DNA from: Camelus dromedarius
Lineage: Eukaryota
Length of the DNA: 64,000 nucleotides
Reading direction: 5' to 3'
NCBI RefSeq assembly: GCF_036321535.1
Contig: NC_087437.1
Coordinates: 35,962,001 to 36,026,000 of the forward strand
Position 1 is the stretch's first letter, and each line of letters opens with the position of its first letter. Of this stretch, positions 27,950 to 41,093 are shown piece after piece. The translations under genes were made by a program, and so were the position numbers. The notes beneath the pieces are model-generated. The model ran no database searches and was not told the origin of the DNA. It saw only the letters and a program-made list of their open reading frames with translations.

Positions 27950-30250
27950 CTGCATTTGGTTTTTAAATCATGTGCCCTTATGACCTTAATTTTGGAGTTT
28001 TATTTTTATTACATATATGCAAGGGCATTGTTTAAAGAATTAGCAGGTGCTATGAATGGTTCTGTAAGAATTGCTATGAAGTATAGGCATATCATTGACC
28101 TTTTAGCTAAAACTTTGCTTTTTGCTTCCATATTTTGGATTATGTATTTGTATTCTTTATTTTTCTATTTTTTACCTTACCTATTCAATTTTACTTTGGA
28201 AGATGAGGATTAAGCTCCTTTAAAACCCCCAAACTCCTTCCTTCACCCACCACACTTAGTATTAGGCATTAGGACATTGTCCTATCATTTTAATGGTATA
28301 AAACTAATGTAAGTAAAATCAATGCTTTTTGTTTATATATAATGTGTATTTAAATGCTATTCAGATATAAGCCATGTAGTATACTTCAGTAATACTTCTG
28401 TCATTAAAACTTTTGTTTTCCCTCAAGTTAATATTTGTATAGAATCTTTTTTTCCGTTTATTTAGCTTTTTATGTATTTTTTTTTTTTTTTACTAGTTTA
28501 ACTTCCATCTCTCTTCCAGTAATGTTAATCTCCACTTAGTGAGTTCAAATACGTTAGATATTTTTAAAAATTCACTTTTGGAGAAAAAAATCTTTCTGAG
28601 ACCCTTTCTTTGGCTCAGTTTTGGCTGGCAACTTTCCAGACCTGCTGCCTAGTCATTACCTTACAACTGTAACCAAGCTGCACCCTGTGGGGCCCTCCTG
28701 GGTCAGACCTCTCTCCCATATCCTCTGCTGTAGCTCCTCTCTGAAGTACCCAGATGATAGTATCTTCTGCATGTTTCCTGAGTTTTTCAGATGTTAAAAA
28801 GCACCACCAAAGGGAAGAAATTAACTACTTGATGATCATGAGCACATGGCCCCCAGGCCTTCTGGCCAAGAGTGGTTGATAGTGTTGACCGCCCTGTTAC
28901 CTCAGCATCTCAACCAATCAGAGAATTGTGCCTGAGCTGATCACGTACCCTGTGACCCACCTCCCCCACCTGGCCTTTAAATATGCTTTGCTAAAAGCCT
29001 TCCGGGAGTTCAGGTTTTCTTGGGCATGGACCACCCCATTCTTGCTCAGCCCTGCAGTAAATCTTTCTCTGCTCCAAACTCCGACATTTCCATTTGTTTG
29101 GCCTCACTGAGCATCAGGCACATAAAACTGAGTTTGGTAACACAATGACCCTTCAACCTTGAGACTTTCTGTCACTGCGATTTTGTATAAGATCCTTTCT
29201 TTCCAGAATCCTGTGTCTTCCTTTTCTGTGTTAATCTGCTTTTTAAATGGGGCACATACTCCTGAAGCTTTTTGAGAGGATGCATGGGAATTTATTTTTT
29301 TGGAATCCTGTTTTTCTGAAAGTATGTTTGTCTTTTCTCTTCTTGATAATTTGAGTATAGAATTTTGGGAAGGAAAATGTTACATCAGAATTTGAAGATA
29401 CTCTTCTATTATCTTGCAGCCTCTGAATAACCATATTTAGAAGTACTCCGGAATTTTATACTTGATCTTTTGTATGAAATATGTCTTGTTTTTTGGCTTT
29501 GCTTCTGATTTCCTTCTTCAAAACTGGTAGAATTTTTTCTGTCTTTTTGAAATCCCATGTGGCTAGTTATCTTTTTTTTTTTTTTTTCCTGCCATTTTAC
29601 AGGTACTTGATGAATCCTTTGCATCAGAAAATTCATGTCCATGTCCATCCATTCTGGGAAAGTTTTTGACATGTCTCTATTTTCTCTGCTTTCTAATTTC
29701 CTGTTTCTAACGTCTTCTTATTTATTACATTTTCTCTCCTATTTTAAATCACTTTACCCTTTTTTGCTCAATTTTCTTGAACATTTCTTAGCCTCATATC
29801 CCAACCCTTCTATTGAGTCATTTTATGGAGTATTTCTTGATTTATGGATGTCATAACTTCTATTACCTGTCTGATCATAATAATAATTACTTTTAAGATT
29901 TTCTTATTTTTACATTTTTCCTCTGAATTATTATTTTCTTTTAATTTCCTTTGTTCAGTTTATTCTCATTCAAGTGACTGACTGATCCTTGTCCATCTGC
30001 TTATAGTTAAAAGTGAGCACTAAAAAAGCTGATTGGAGGTTCTATTTGAGTGAATTTTATTATCTGCAGTTTTTACTTAACTGATACATTTTATAGTAGA
30101 ATTGCTGATTTAAGTATGCTTGGATATTTTCTTTTGGACTGAAAATATTCCCTTGAGAATAACATTGCAATTGCTCTACAAAGTATATACTTTTGTTTGG
30201 TTAACTGATTGTTATCTGATTGGGAGTTAGAGGAGAGAGGCTGGTTATCT
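27950..30250 (-). mobile_element. Very old L1ME-like fragments (host of the ERV1 LTR)
   Basis: T-rich antisense ORF1-like segments, e.g. 29243-29672 (IHQVP..., KFYTQIIK). Confidence 0.45.
28668..29142 (+). mobile_element. Solo ERV1-class LTR, 475 bp
   Basis: TG...CA ends with short inverted termini (tgtaaccaa / ttggtaaca) and 4-bp flanks caac/caat. CCAAT (~28914), TATA-like tttaaata (~28976) and agtaaa poly(A) signal (~29056) occur in the expected order. Confidence 0.85.
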
Positions 30251-33200
30251 CACCATGCTTTACTTGGTAGCAAGCTCTGGGAAAGCATTAGAAATTGTAT
30301 TTGTTTTAATTGAGGCAGTCTCTACCAGTGGGATAGTTCAGATGATCTAATTCACTATATCAGTAGAAGTATAAGTTCTATACTGACTTTTAAAATAATT
30401 GAATGTGATGCAATTTGATTATTTAATAAAATACCTATTTCATCAAGCTTTAATAAGTTGTTAGAAATTGTTTATTATATGGAAAATCAGCTGGAATTTT
30501 GATGTCCAGATACCACAATTTTGGCACCAGGAATGTAGATCCACTTCATACTACATTGTTAGTCTTAGTGAGGTCCTTCCAAATTTCTGCATGTTATAGA
30601 TCTCAAGGGAAAAAAATTTTGAAAAAATTCAAGTTCATTGTTTACAGTCATTTCTTTTTTCAGTTTGCATAGAAAACCATTATCAGTTTCTATATAATGT
30701 TTTCAAGAATATTTAGTTAATAATATCAATTATTTATCTAGAAAGGAAGTACAAATACAAATGATATAATTGATTTAGTTCTTTCTGTTTTATTGAACCA
30801 ATAAATTTCTTATTATGCCTAATATATGCAAGACATTTTGCTTCTTGCTAAGTTTTCAAAGAATATAATATGGTCTAAATATCTGAAGTGCTCCAATCAA
30901 ATATCAATTGCATGACAATTAAAACCCTTCACAGAAGTTATCTGTAGGAAAAATGTATTTTTTAAAACCACAGTTCACATCTAAAAGCTTCACCCCCACT
31001 AATGTATCATAATCTTTCTCTGTCATACATGTTTTTAATTCAAATACATAACATAAGCTGAATTAAAATTTTAGAGCAAAGATGAATATTACCCTTCATC
31101 AAGGGGATAATTTATGATGAATTTACCTGCTAAACTTCTCTGTATTAAAAAAAAAATACCTGGTAATTTCAGGACAGATGAACAAAAATCACATAGGAGA
31201 TCAATCAACAAAGAAGTTTGACCCACTTTATTATAAGTTCAAACAGCTTATTTTAGTGATGTTTTGGTGAGATGAAAGTAAAAGTGACTGCATTCCAAGT
31301 TGATTTTTCAATAAAATGGAGAGAAAACGCTGTAGGAAGAAAGAAACCAGTAAGTTTAAGAATTCAATTGGGATTGTTCACTAAGGAAGAAGGGATTGTA
31401 CAGCCTTGAGCTCCAGGAATTTGGCAAATCTTGCTGTAGATGTTGAATTTCCCACCTAACATTTGCTGAAAGAATCAGTCCAATGATTCATTGATCTCAA
31501 CCAACTTTAACATGACTCCAGCAGATAACTGAATTATAGAATATGAATAAAGCGATGTGAGAAACAGGAGGAAAATGTCAATTTTCTAGGAGATTTTGAA
31601 AAAAATTTGATTGAAAGTTATATTCCTCTGGCCTTGAACCACCAGTTGAAATACGACAATCAGAAAGGTGGGAATTTTTATTAAAAGATTGAAGAAGAAT
31701 ATGTATAAAGACATGGAGTTTCAAAAGGGTATGGCAGATGCTAGTAGTTGTTTGGCTGAAACTTCAGGTATAGAAGGAGGAGCAGTGGAAGCAAAGTTAG
31801 AGATGTGCGTGTATTCTGAAGACTTAAATAAAGCTAAAGAGATCTCCTTTATTCACTAGGCACTCTGCAATTGTCTGGACCCCATATAGCATGATCTTAT
31901 ATGTATTTTACAGAAAATAACTTTTTGCAGAAAGCAGCATTAGACAATGATGGACTGAAATACAGAAATGAGGTCCAGGGGAATGCAGGCTCTAAAACAG
32001 GATTAGGAAGAAATATAATGAAACTGTAACAGAAAAAGTAACATTGGGAATGGGAAATAAAATTTAGATTTTGGAAATATTTCTAGGGTGTAAGTTGACT
32101 GAATGCTAAGATGTTTTAACTACCTTATAGGCATGGATCCTATTTTATTTTTTTTTTTAAATTTACTGGGGCTATCGCCTAGAAAGGGTCAGACATGGAT
32201 AAAAAATGAAATACAGTTACTTACTCTCTTCTGGTACTTGACTATCATCAACTCAGTTTCTCTCTGTTGCATCAGTGGAGGCCTTTTTCAGACTTGTTGG
32301 GTGAGGGAAAACCATTAAATTCTCTAGACTATGGATGCTGCTTTTTAGGATATGAACATTCAGCAAACAGAAAAATGATTAAAAATATCTTTGCACAGAT
32401 TTTATTGAAATAACTTTCATATTTTATCACCCTTCAGAATCAATTTCCCTCCCAATTGAAATTCTTACAAGGGAATTTAGAGGGTTACTTCTAAAGAGCA
32501 TTTGGAGAAAATAGAAAGTGAAATGGGATCAGAGTGATTATTTTTAGCAAAATACTAAAAAGAAATTACACTGAACATAACTATAGGAAGAATGTCTCGA
32601 CTATCTCTATGTAAATTATGTTGATGCTTTACAGCTGGTCTGCTTCTGTTTGCCTCTTTTATACTTGCAGGCAGCAAAAATAATGATTCATTCTATTGAA
32701 ACCATATATGCATGTAACTAGATTAAAAATCTAAACTTCTGGGTTTTTTAGTTAGAGTAGTTTTCTGAGATTTGAGGTTTAAATGTACAAATTAAAGGGC
32801 ACTTTTGTGACTTTAAAAATTGGTAGAGAAAGCTATTAATAATGACATTCTCATTTAATGTCCAATTGATACTGTAATTGAAATATAATAAAATAAATCT
32901 ATTCATCTCAGTCTTGAATTTGTGCTATAAAATACAGTAAATATTTTACATACTCAGTAGTGTATTTTACTATTCTTTAATCCGTCCTTTTGGGTTATTA
33001 TGTTCTACAGTCTCAGAGTTACCACAATGTCTTATTTGATAATGTTCACAAAGTGCCAAATTACTCAGCTTTTCTGGCTAACTACTTAACACTTAGGTGC
33101 TATATATTTCCTTATAAGATTTAGAGTTACCTTTGGGGATAATCTATGATTAAATGATTCATTTTAGTGTATATACAACTCTTGAAAAATGAGTGTTATT

Positions 33201-33649
33201 AGCAAGGTATTACGCATTCTACTTAATTTTTATAAGGATGACTGTTAATTTTCTTATCTACACGTGTGGTTTCACCTGTCTGGAAAGAGATCAGAAATGG
33301 AAAGGGTGAAGACCACAAGCTGTGTGAGACTAATTCATTGTCTCTTTCCTTAGATGGTATCGGTAGATATATAGAAGGAAGTTCTGAGTAGTTGTGAGAA
33401 GTTGATCCATGCAAACCATCCCATTGTTAGGAACTAAAGAACCCAAGATATTTGCATGTGAAAATGGTCCAGGCTTTTTGTGACACTGTTGGAGATTTCC
33501 TGGGTTAGCCTCTGAATAGGACAGGTTATATGAGGCCAAAAAGCAGAAATTTCAAGGTGCAAACAGGACAGATATTATGCATCACTTCTACATTACTTTG
33601 CTTTTAGTACTTTTTAATAGTCTAACTAGTTTAGTTTAACAAGTGAAAT

Positions 33650-34060
33650 ATATTAGTTAGTGTAATTGATGCTATCTTCTATAACAACTCCAAAATCTTA
33701 TTACATTAATACAGTAAAAAGCTGTTCTCATTTATGCAAATTTCAGTGCAGATATATTCCTGGGGAAGATGACCCTCTGCCAGGGAGAAACCAAGCAATA
33801 GAAAATTCTTCTATTTGGGGATACTGTCCTTAATATGTGACCTCCAGGGTCACCATGAAGAAGAAGAGTAAAGATCATGCTTAGGAGATTTTTTTTTTTC
33901 TCTAAAGTGTCAGATCTGGAAAGGGCATTCGTAACTATGCCACATTCCTCCTGCATTGTATTGGCTACAACTATTTATGTGACCCATCTAAATGAAAGGG
34001 GACAGGTCATGTTGTTTTCTGTGCTCAGAAGGAAAATGAGATGGCCTTTTAAACAAATAC
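33650..34060 (-). mobile_element. MLT1-type MaLR LTR (old)
   Basis: 'tattagttag...ataacaactccaaaatctta...' and 'cacattcctcctgcattgtattggctacaac...gtgacccatctaa' are MLT1 motifs. Confidence 0.55.
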
Positions 34061-35029
34061 TACTCTCTGATGGGCAACAAGGGACTTCTGTCCACTTGGG
34101 GGTATATGATAAGAGGTGTAACAAATGTCTGAGAGTCAGTGGAAAATATGCAGTAATGTGGATAAAGTCTTAAGAACATATACAATGTAAAGAGACAGTC
34201 TCTTCAACTTTTTGTGCTCTAAACTTTAAGTATTCATTTAAGGACAGTTAGACCTGAAAGTCTACCTCTTTGTTTCTTTATTTCTAGCTTTTTCTTTTGG
34301 TTTTATGATAGTTCTCAAATCACTTGATCCTGCGAAAAAAATAGGAACTTAATAAAAGTAAAGACCATATTGCAAAATTAATTTTTTCATGAAGTGTTAC
34401 TAACCATGAAAATGTTTTACAACAGTAACATTTACTTTTGGCAAACAATATTTGTGCCAAACTTGGATTATTTTTTTAGATTTATTTTTCAAATCATATT
34501 TTCAATGACTTAATCTTTTTTGTTTATTAGCTATGGTATTCACTTTTCAAGATCAGTTAATGTATTTAAAGATGTCCAAGTTACATCATTTAATATTCTT
34601 TCGATTACCACTTAGATCTAAAATACCATGTTTTGAGAATGTCTATCTGAAATAGTCTCTTCAGATTTTGGTACTTCAAACTTAAAACTTGAAACTAGGG
34701 TAAATAAAGAAAACTCACAGACTGTGTCATTTATAAAATATTAAAATATTAATTGCTGGGTAATCCTGAGTTTACCTACCTTTGCCTTCTTAAGAAAAAA
34801 AAATAACAATAACAACAAAAACTAGGGTATAAATTTCAAATCAGGAAACGCTGATAGGACAACCAATTCACAATTGCTTGCTTCTTGGTTTTTGCCAGAG
34901 ATTTAAGGTTTTTAAGGGTTAAAATTAAGTCAAAAGAAAACTACAGCCCCAAACAGGCAGGACTACAAATGGTCCAGATCCTACAGCAATGGTCATTTTA
35001 GTTTCTCAGATAAATAGCCGCAACCAGCT

Positions 35030-35160
35030 TAGCTGCTTGCTGGGCAAAGGAAACACAGAATGGGTGGTAGTAGAAGACTGTTGTCAATACCAGCCAGGAA
35101 CATGTGACCAATTATAGAAACATGAGCTGTAATTGTCATGAGTATTTTCTTGTGGTTTTT
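35030..35160 (+). mobile_element. ERVL internal 3' fragment
   Basis: 'gcttgctgggcaaaggaaacacagaatgggtggtagtagaag...catgtgaccaattatagaaacatgagctgtaattgtcatgagtatttt' matches my recalled ERVL-int 3' region. Confidence 0.55.
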
Positions 35161-35954
35161 GTTTTTGGTGACTATGTTAGTTTCTCTGGAGTAATGATTT
35201 AGCCAAGTCCTCAATGTCAGAAAACCGTTGTGTCCACTTTTAGCTACACATTTAAAACAAAGTTTAATTGAGTAATATCAGTTATTTTTTTCCTCAAACT
35301 TTTGAGCAAAGTTGTACTCTGAGCCAGGTGACATTAATGAATAATCTTGAATCATGTATTATCCATGATGTTCTACATTGGTATGCATTACTATACACCA
35401 CTACTTATTTTATTTACTGTAAAATATATAACAAACTGTCAGGGGATGCTCACAAGAACATCACAAAATAATTAAGATTCATAAAACCATGTAGAATAGT
35501 AAAAAACACCAACCAAAGTTGTATCAATGTCATTTTACCTTTGGCCCTTCAAAATACATGCTATTATAATTTTTGTGAGCTAAGACTAAGGAGATACTAC
35601 AATAAATTTGACTCATGTACAATGCATTTTAATATGAATATATTGTATACAAATCTCTTATAGCATAAGAATCTGTATAACTTTCTTTTAAAAGAACTCA
35701 GGCACTTAGACCCTTCAAAAAGATATTTTGTTTTCTCTCATTCGTATTTTAGGAGAAAGTAGAAATAAAAAACTGAAGGATCAAGTGAGTAGGGAATATT
35801 CCTATAATGCTAAATGGTCATTTTGGGAAACCGTTTAGTAATAAATATCACAAATTCTAGTAAAATTCTATTCTTTATCTCAGCAGTTCACTGTGATGAG
35901 GGGAACGGTATACTGTTATCCAAAAATAATTTTTATATTTAAATATTGTCAATT

Positions 35955-36480
35955 TGTATTCATTGAGATTCTCCAGAGAGACAGAATCAATAGGTTGGAT
36001 GGGAAGGGTGGATGGACAGTAGGATGGATAAAATAAATGTATGGATGGATATATGGATATAAATTTACTATGAGGAATTGGTTCATGAAATCATGGAGAC
36101 CAAGAAGTCCCACAATTTGCTCTCTGTAAAATGGAGAGCTAGGAAAGTTCACAGTATAATACAATCTGAGTCCAAGGGCCTGAGGACATGGGAAGCCAAT
36201 GATGTAAATCCCAGGCCAAGGACAGTTGAAAAAGTGAGATTAATTGTCCTAGCTGATTCAGTGAGACAGGGAAAAAGGGACAAACTCATCCTCCCTCTGC
36301 CTTTTGTTCTGTTCAAGCCCTCAAGGGACTGCATAATGTTCAACCACTTTGGATAGAGCAATCTACTTCACTGATTTCACTAATTGAAATGTTACTGTCA
36401 TCAGGAAACATCCTCAGAGGCCCACTAAATAATATGACCAATTCATGGCTAATCCAAGTTAATACATAAAATTATCATAC
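35955..36480 (-). mobile_element. MLT2 (ERVL) LTR, MLT2B-like
   Basis: 'gattctccagagagacagaatcaatagg...tatgaggaattggttcatgaaatcatggagaccaagaagtcccacaa...ccaagttaatacataaaatt' is antisense MLT2. Confidence 0.85.
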
Positions 36481-36489
36481 TATGTTATG

Positions 36490-36798
36490 CTCACGTCAAA
36501 ACAAATGATAGCTATTCATAGCTATAAAGGACAGACGTAAACTCTAATACTTATATCCCTTATTATATTTAGTGGTACAACAAATCTACGAGGTCTCCTA
36601 CCACACTCATGTACACCTACTACACAACTATTAATAAATCTAGGCATGGCAATTCCCCTGTGAGCCGGGACTGTGGTGACAGGTTTTTGCAGTAAGACAA
36701 AAGCATCATTAGTGCACTTCCTGCCCCAAGGAACACCAATCCCACTTATCCCTATACTAGCAATCATTGAAACCATTAGTGTATTCATTCAACCTGTA
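36490..36798 (+). pseudogene. ATP6: NUMT: nuclear copy of mitochondrial ATP synthase subunit a, approx. codons 52-154
   Basis: Vertebrate mitochondrial code gives [105 protein letters not shown]=Trp at 36661; TAA replaces a conserved Trp at 36538-36540; no indels. Confidence 0.97.
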
Positions 36799-36829
36799 CA
36801 TCTGTGTTATATATGTATATATTATAAAT

Positions 36830-39800
36830 GTGTTTTCTTCTAGGAGTTAAAGTTTCAGGTTCTAATTTAAACCTTTAATCTATTTTGAGTTGATTTTTGT
36901 GCAAAGTACAAGGCTTTAATCTCATTCTGCATGTGACCGTCCAGTTTCTCAGCACCATTTGTTGAAGAGATGAACCTTTCTCCATTGTATAGTCTTGGCG
37001 TCCCTGTGGACGATCACTTGACCATATATTCATGTGTTTATGTCTGTGTGCTCTACAATTTATTCCAGCTTTGTAATACCTTTTGAAGTCAGGAAGTGTG
37101 AAGTCTCCAGCTTTGTTTGTTTTTGTTTGTTTGTTTGTTTGTTTTTTAAGATAGTTTTGGCTATTTGGTGTACTTGTGGTTCCAAATAAATTTTAGGAAA
37201 GTTTTATCTGTTGATGCAAAAAATGACAGTGAGATCTTGACAGGGATTATATTGAATCTATGCAGCACTTTGTGAAGTTTGGACATTTTAAAAATATTTA
37301 GTCTTGCCATCCATAAATAAAGCTGTCTTTCCATTTATTTGTGTCTTTTTACACCAATGTTTTGAATGTTTTGTGGTTTTCAGTGTACAAGCAAATGTCT
37401 CACACCTTCAGTTAAGTTAATCCCTAAAAGTTTGTGTTTGTGTTTTTGTTTTTTGATGCTATTGTACATAAGATTTTTTTTAATAATTTCTCTTTTGGGT
37501 TGTTCACTGTTTGTGTATATAAATGCAACTGATTTTTGTATGTTTATTTTATATCCAGCAGCTTTGCTAAATTTGTTAACGAGTGCTAACAGTATTATTG
37601 TGCAGTCTTTAGGATTTTTAAAATATGAGAACATGTAATTTGATAACATAGATAATTTTACTAGCCCTTTTCAGATTTGAATGCCTTTTATTTCTTTTTC
37701 TTGCCTAATTGTTCTAGTTACAACATTTAATATGTTAAATGTAAATGTGAGTGTAGTCATCCTTGTTTTGTTTTTGATTTTAGTGGAAAAGCTTTTATTT
37801 TCTGCCACTGAGTGTGATGTTAGTTGTGGGCTTTTCATATTTTCTGAGGTAATTTCCTTCTATTCCTAGTTTGTTGAGTATTTTGATCATGAAAATTAAT
37901 TTTTGATATCTTGAAATATCTTTGCATCCCAATTTGGTCATGGTGTATAGTCCTTTCCATGTGCTGTTAAGTTCAATTTGTTAGTACTTTATTGAGGATT
38001 TTTGCATCACTGTTCATCAGAGATCATGGTCTATAGTTTGTTTGTTTTTTTCCTTGTAGTTTCTCAACTAGCTTCGGTATCAGGGTAATGCTGGCTGTGT
38101 AACTTCAGGTTGAATGTGTTCCCTTGACCTCATTTTTTTTTTTTAAAGAGTTTGGAAAGGATTGGCATTAATTCTTTAAATATTTGGTAGACTTCAATGA
38201 AGACATCTGGTCCTGGGCTTTGTTGAAAGGTTTTGAATACTGATTAAATCTTCTTACTAGTTAAAGATCTGTTCAGCTGTTCTGTTTCTTCATGATTCAT
38301 TCTGCAAAGATTATGTTTCTAGGAACATATAAATTTCTTTTAAGTTATTCAATTTGTTAGCATATAATTGTTCATAATTGTCACTCATAATCCTTTTTAT
38401 TTCTGTGGCATTAGTTGTAATGTCTCATTTTTCATTTCTGATTTTATTTAAATATTCTTTTAATCTGGGTAAGGCATAGTCAATTTTGTTGATACTTTCA
38501 AAAATCAACTCTTAGTTTCATTGATTATTTTTAATTGTTTCTGTTTAATTTTCTATCTCATTTATTTCTGCTCTAATCTTTATTAACGTCCTTTGACTAA
38601 CTTTGGGCTTAGTTCTTCTTTATTCCTTGAGGTGTAAAATTAGGTTATTTGAGATCTTTCCTCTATTTTTTTAATGTTGGTGATTATTGCTATAATCTTC
38701 CTTCTTACTATTGCTCTTGCTGTATCCCATAATATTTGGTATGTTGGATTTTTGTTTTTGTTAGTCTCAAAATATTTTCTGATTTCTCTTTTGGCTTCTT
38801 GTATGCATAGGTTCAAATTTGATGTTTAACTTACACATATTTGTGAATTTTTGAGTTTTCCCTCTGCTATTAATATCTAGTTTTATTTCACTGTGATTGT
38901 AAGAGATACTTGGTATGACTTCAGTCTTCTTAAATTCATAAATACTTGTTTTGTGACCTAACATATGATCAATTCTGGAGAATGTTCTGGGTGTGTTTGA
39001 GAAGAATATGAATTCTGCTCCTGTTGCATGAAGTGTTTTGGTGCATCTCTTAGGTCCATTCAGTGGATAGTCCTCAAGTCCTCTGTTTCTTAGTTGATCT
39101 TCTGTATGATTGGTCTATCCATTATTGAAGTGGGGTATTGAAATCTCCCACTGCTACTGTGTTACTGTTTCTCACTTCAGTTTTATCCATGTTTGATTCA
39201 TATATTTGGGTTCTCTGATGTTGTGTACATATGTATGTTTAATATTCCTGTTAATTAACTCTTACCATTTTTTAATGTTATTTTTTGTCTCTTAAGACAA
39301 GACTTTTCTTATGTTAAAGTACATTTTTTTCTGGTATAAGTATGGCCACCTCTGCTTTCTTTTAATTAACATCTTCACAGAATATCTTTTTCCATTCTTT
39401 CACTTTTAGCCTATATATACCCATAGATCTAAAGTGAGTCTCTTTTAGACAACGTATAGTTGGAGCCTGCTTATTTATCCATTCAACTGATAGATGTCTT
39501 TCAGTCAGGACTTTTAATACATGTAGGTTTAGAGTAATTACTGATAGGAAAAGACTATTGCCATTTTGTTATTTTCTGTCTGTCTTGTAGCATTTTTCCC
39601 CTTTATGTTCATGTTGCCTCTTTTGTGTTTTGTTGATTATTTGTAGTGACATGTTTTGATTTTCTTCTCATTCCTTTTGTGTTTACTCTATAATTATCTT
39701 TGTAGTTATTACTGCAACTACATAAAACATCTTAAAGTTATAGCAATCTATTTTTCAACTGAACAACATCAGTGTCATAAAAATATACTCTTTTATATCC

Positions 39801-40025
39801 CTGTCCTCTTCCCACTTTGTCATTGATGACACAGTGGGACTGTGATGAGTGCCATGAATTTTTCCTTCCAGCTTCAGTGTGTGATTTTGTGCTTGCCTAG
39901 GGTGCAGCAGTCTCTTAACTGGCTTCAGATTTCTTCCAAAAGGAACTGGTCTTCATGTTGTTTTTGGATCGATGTCTCTGTGGGAGAAGGATAGTTTGGA
40001 GCCTCCTATGCTGTTATCTTGCTGA
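36830..40025 (-). mobile_element. Old L1M: ORF2 fragments joined to first ~190 bp of 5'UTR
   Basis: ORF2 peptides NKFSKAAGYKINIQKSVAFIYTN (37380-37649) and MLGHKTSIYEFKKTEVIPS (38767-38964). 5' terminus at 39832-40025. Confidence 0.9.
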
Positions 40026-40901
40026 ATTACTTTCTGATTCATTTTTAAATGAGTCATTTGTTTCATAAATTTCAGATTAACATGTATACTATATGTTTGA
40101 TTATATTGTATTTTTGAGAAAATATAATTGTGATTTTTGTATAAATATTAGCTATATACACATATGTACATGTATGTATTTAATCAGGTTAAATGAAATA
40201 TATTGTTTAAACTAGTTTGGACTGTTTCTCTTTTTAACATGTAGCTCTAGAAATTTTCAAATTATGTATGTCACTTACATTTGTTATTTACATTATATAT
40301 CTATTGGGCAGTGCTATATAGAGCCTTCAGACTTAATATATCCATACTGTACTCATGTATCCTGATTTCCATTCCCATAGGAAAACAAATTGTTCCTGAA
40401 AGAATCTTCATTTTATTTATCAGCAACAAACTATTATTTTTTTTTAAAAAAAGCTGTCAGTGACCTTTATCATTTTTAGAACTAGACTCAGATAATGTAA
40501 TGGAATTCTTTTGTCTCTCTGTACCACCTAAGCATCTCTAATACTCATAGCCACTGGAAAAAAAGTTTACAAGTTTAAGAGGAACTGTCCTCTTACTGTC
40601 TTGTGCTAAATCCCTCACTCTTCTTCCCCTCCCTGCCCATGGTCATAAGTACCCAAATGTCTCTCGCATACCTTACTTTTCTTTGGCTAAGGGTGATTCT
40701 TATCCAAGATGCAAATGTTGAAGCAGGGCAAGATATGCTATGCAAGACTAAGCTAGCAGTTATTAGGAAGGCTCTGGTGAGCAGGGGAATATGATAAACT
40801 GAGCAAACAGAAGTCTTATTTTGTGATGCATAGACCCAAAATCTGCATGTTTTTTCCTCAAATACCTGGGAAAAGCCTGCCTGTATGTTGATTTGAAAGT
40901 A

Positions 40902-41093
40902 CAGTTGATCCTTGAACAATGCAGGGGTTAATCTGCATAAAGACTATATTCTGACTTCGCTATCCATGGTTCCTTCAAACCCGCATATTCAAGCAAACTC
41001 ACACCATGTAGCTCTGTAGAATTTACTACTGAAAAATATCCACATACAACTAGACTCACACAGTTCATACCTGAATTGCTCAATGGTCAGCTG
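40902..41093. mobile_element. TcMar-Tigger MITE (MER8-like), opposite orientation to the 21.6-kb copy
   Basis: TIRs cagttgatccttgaacaa and ttgctcaatggtcagctg; TA on the left. Confidence 0.75.

Noticed and set aside
31400..31520. Peptide LANLAVDVEFPT resembling the hAT dimerisation domain
   Set aside because: Too short and degenerate to support without a search.
36522..36788. 88-aa minus-strand ORF
   Set aside because: It is the antisense shadow of the ATP6 NUMT.
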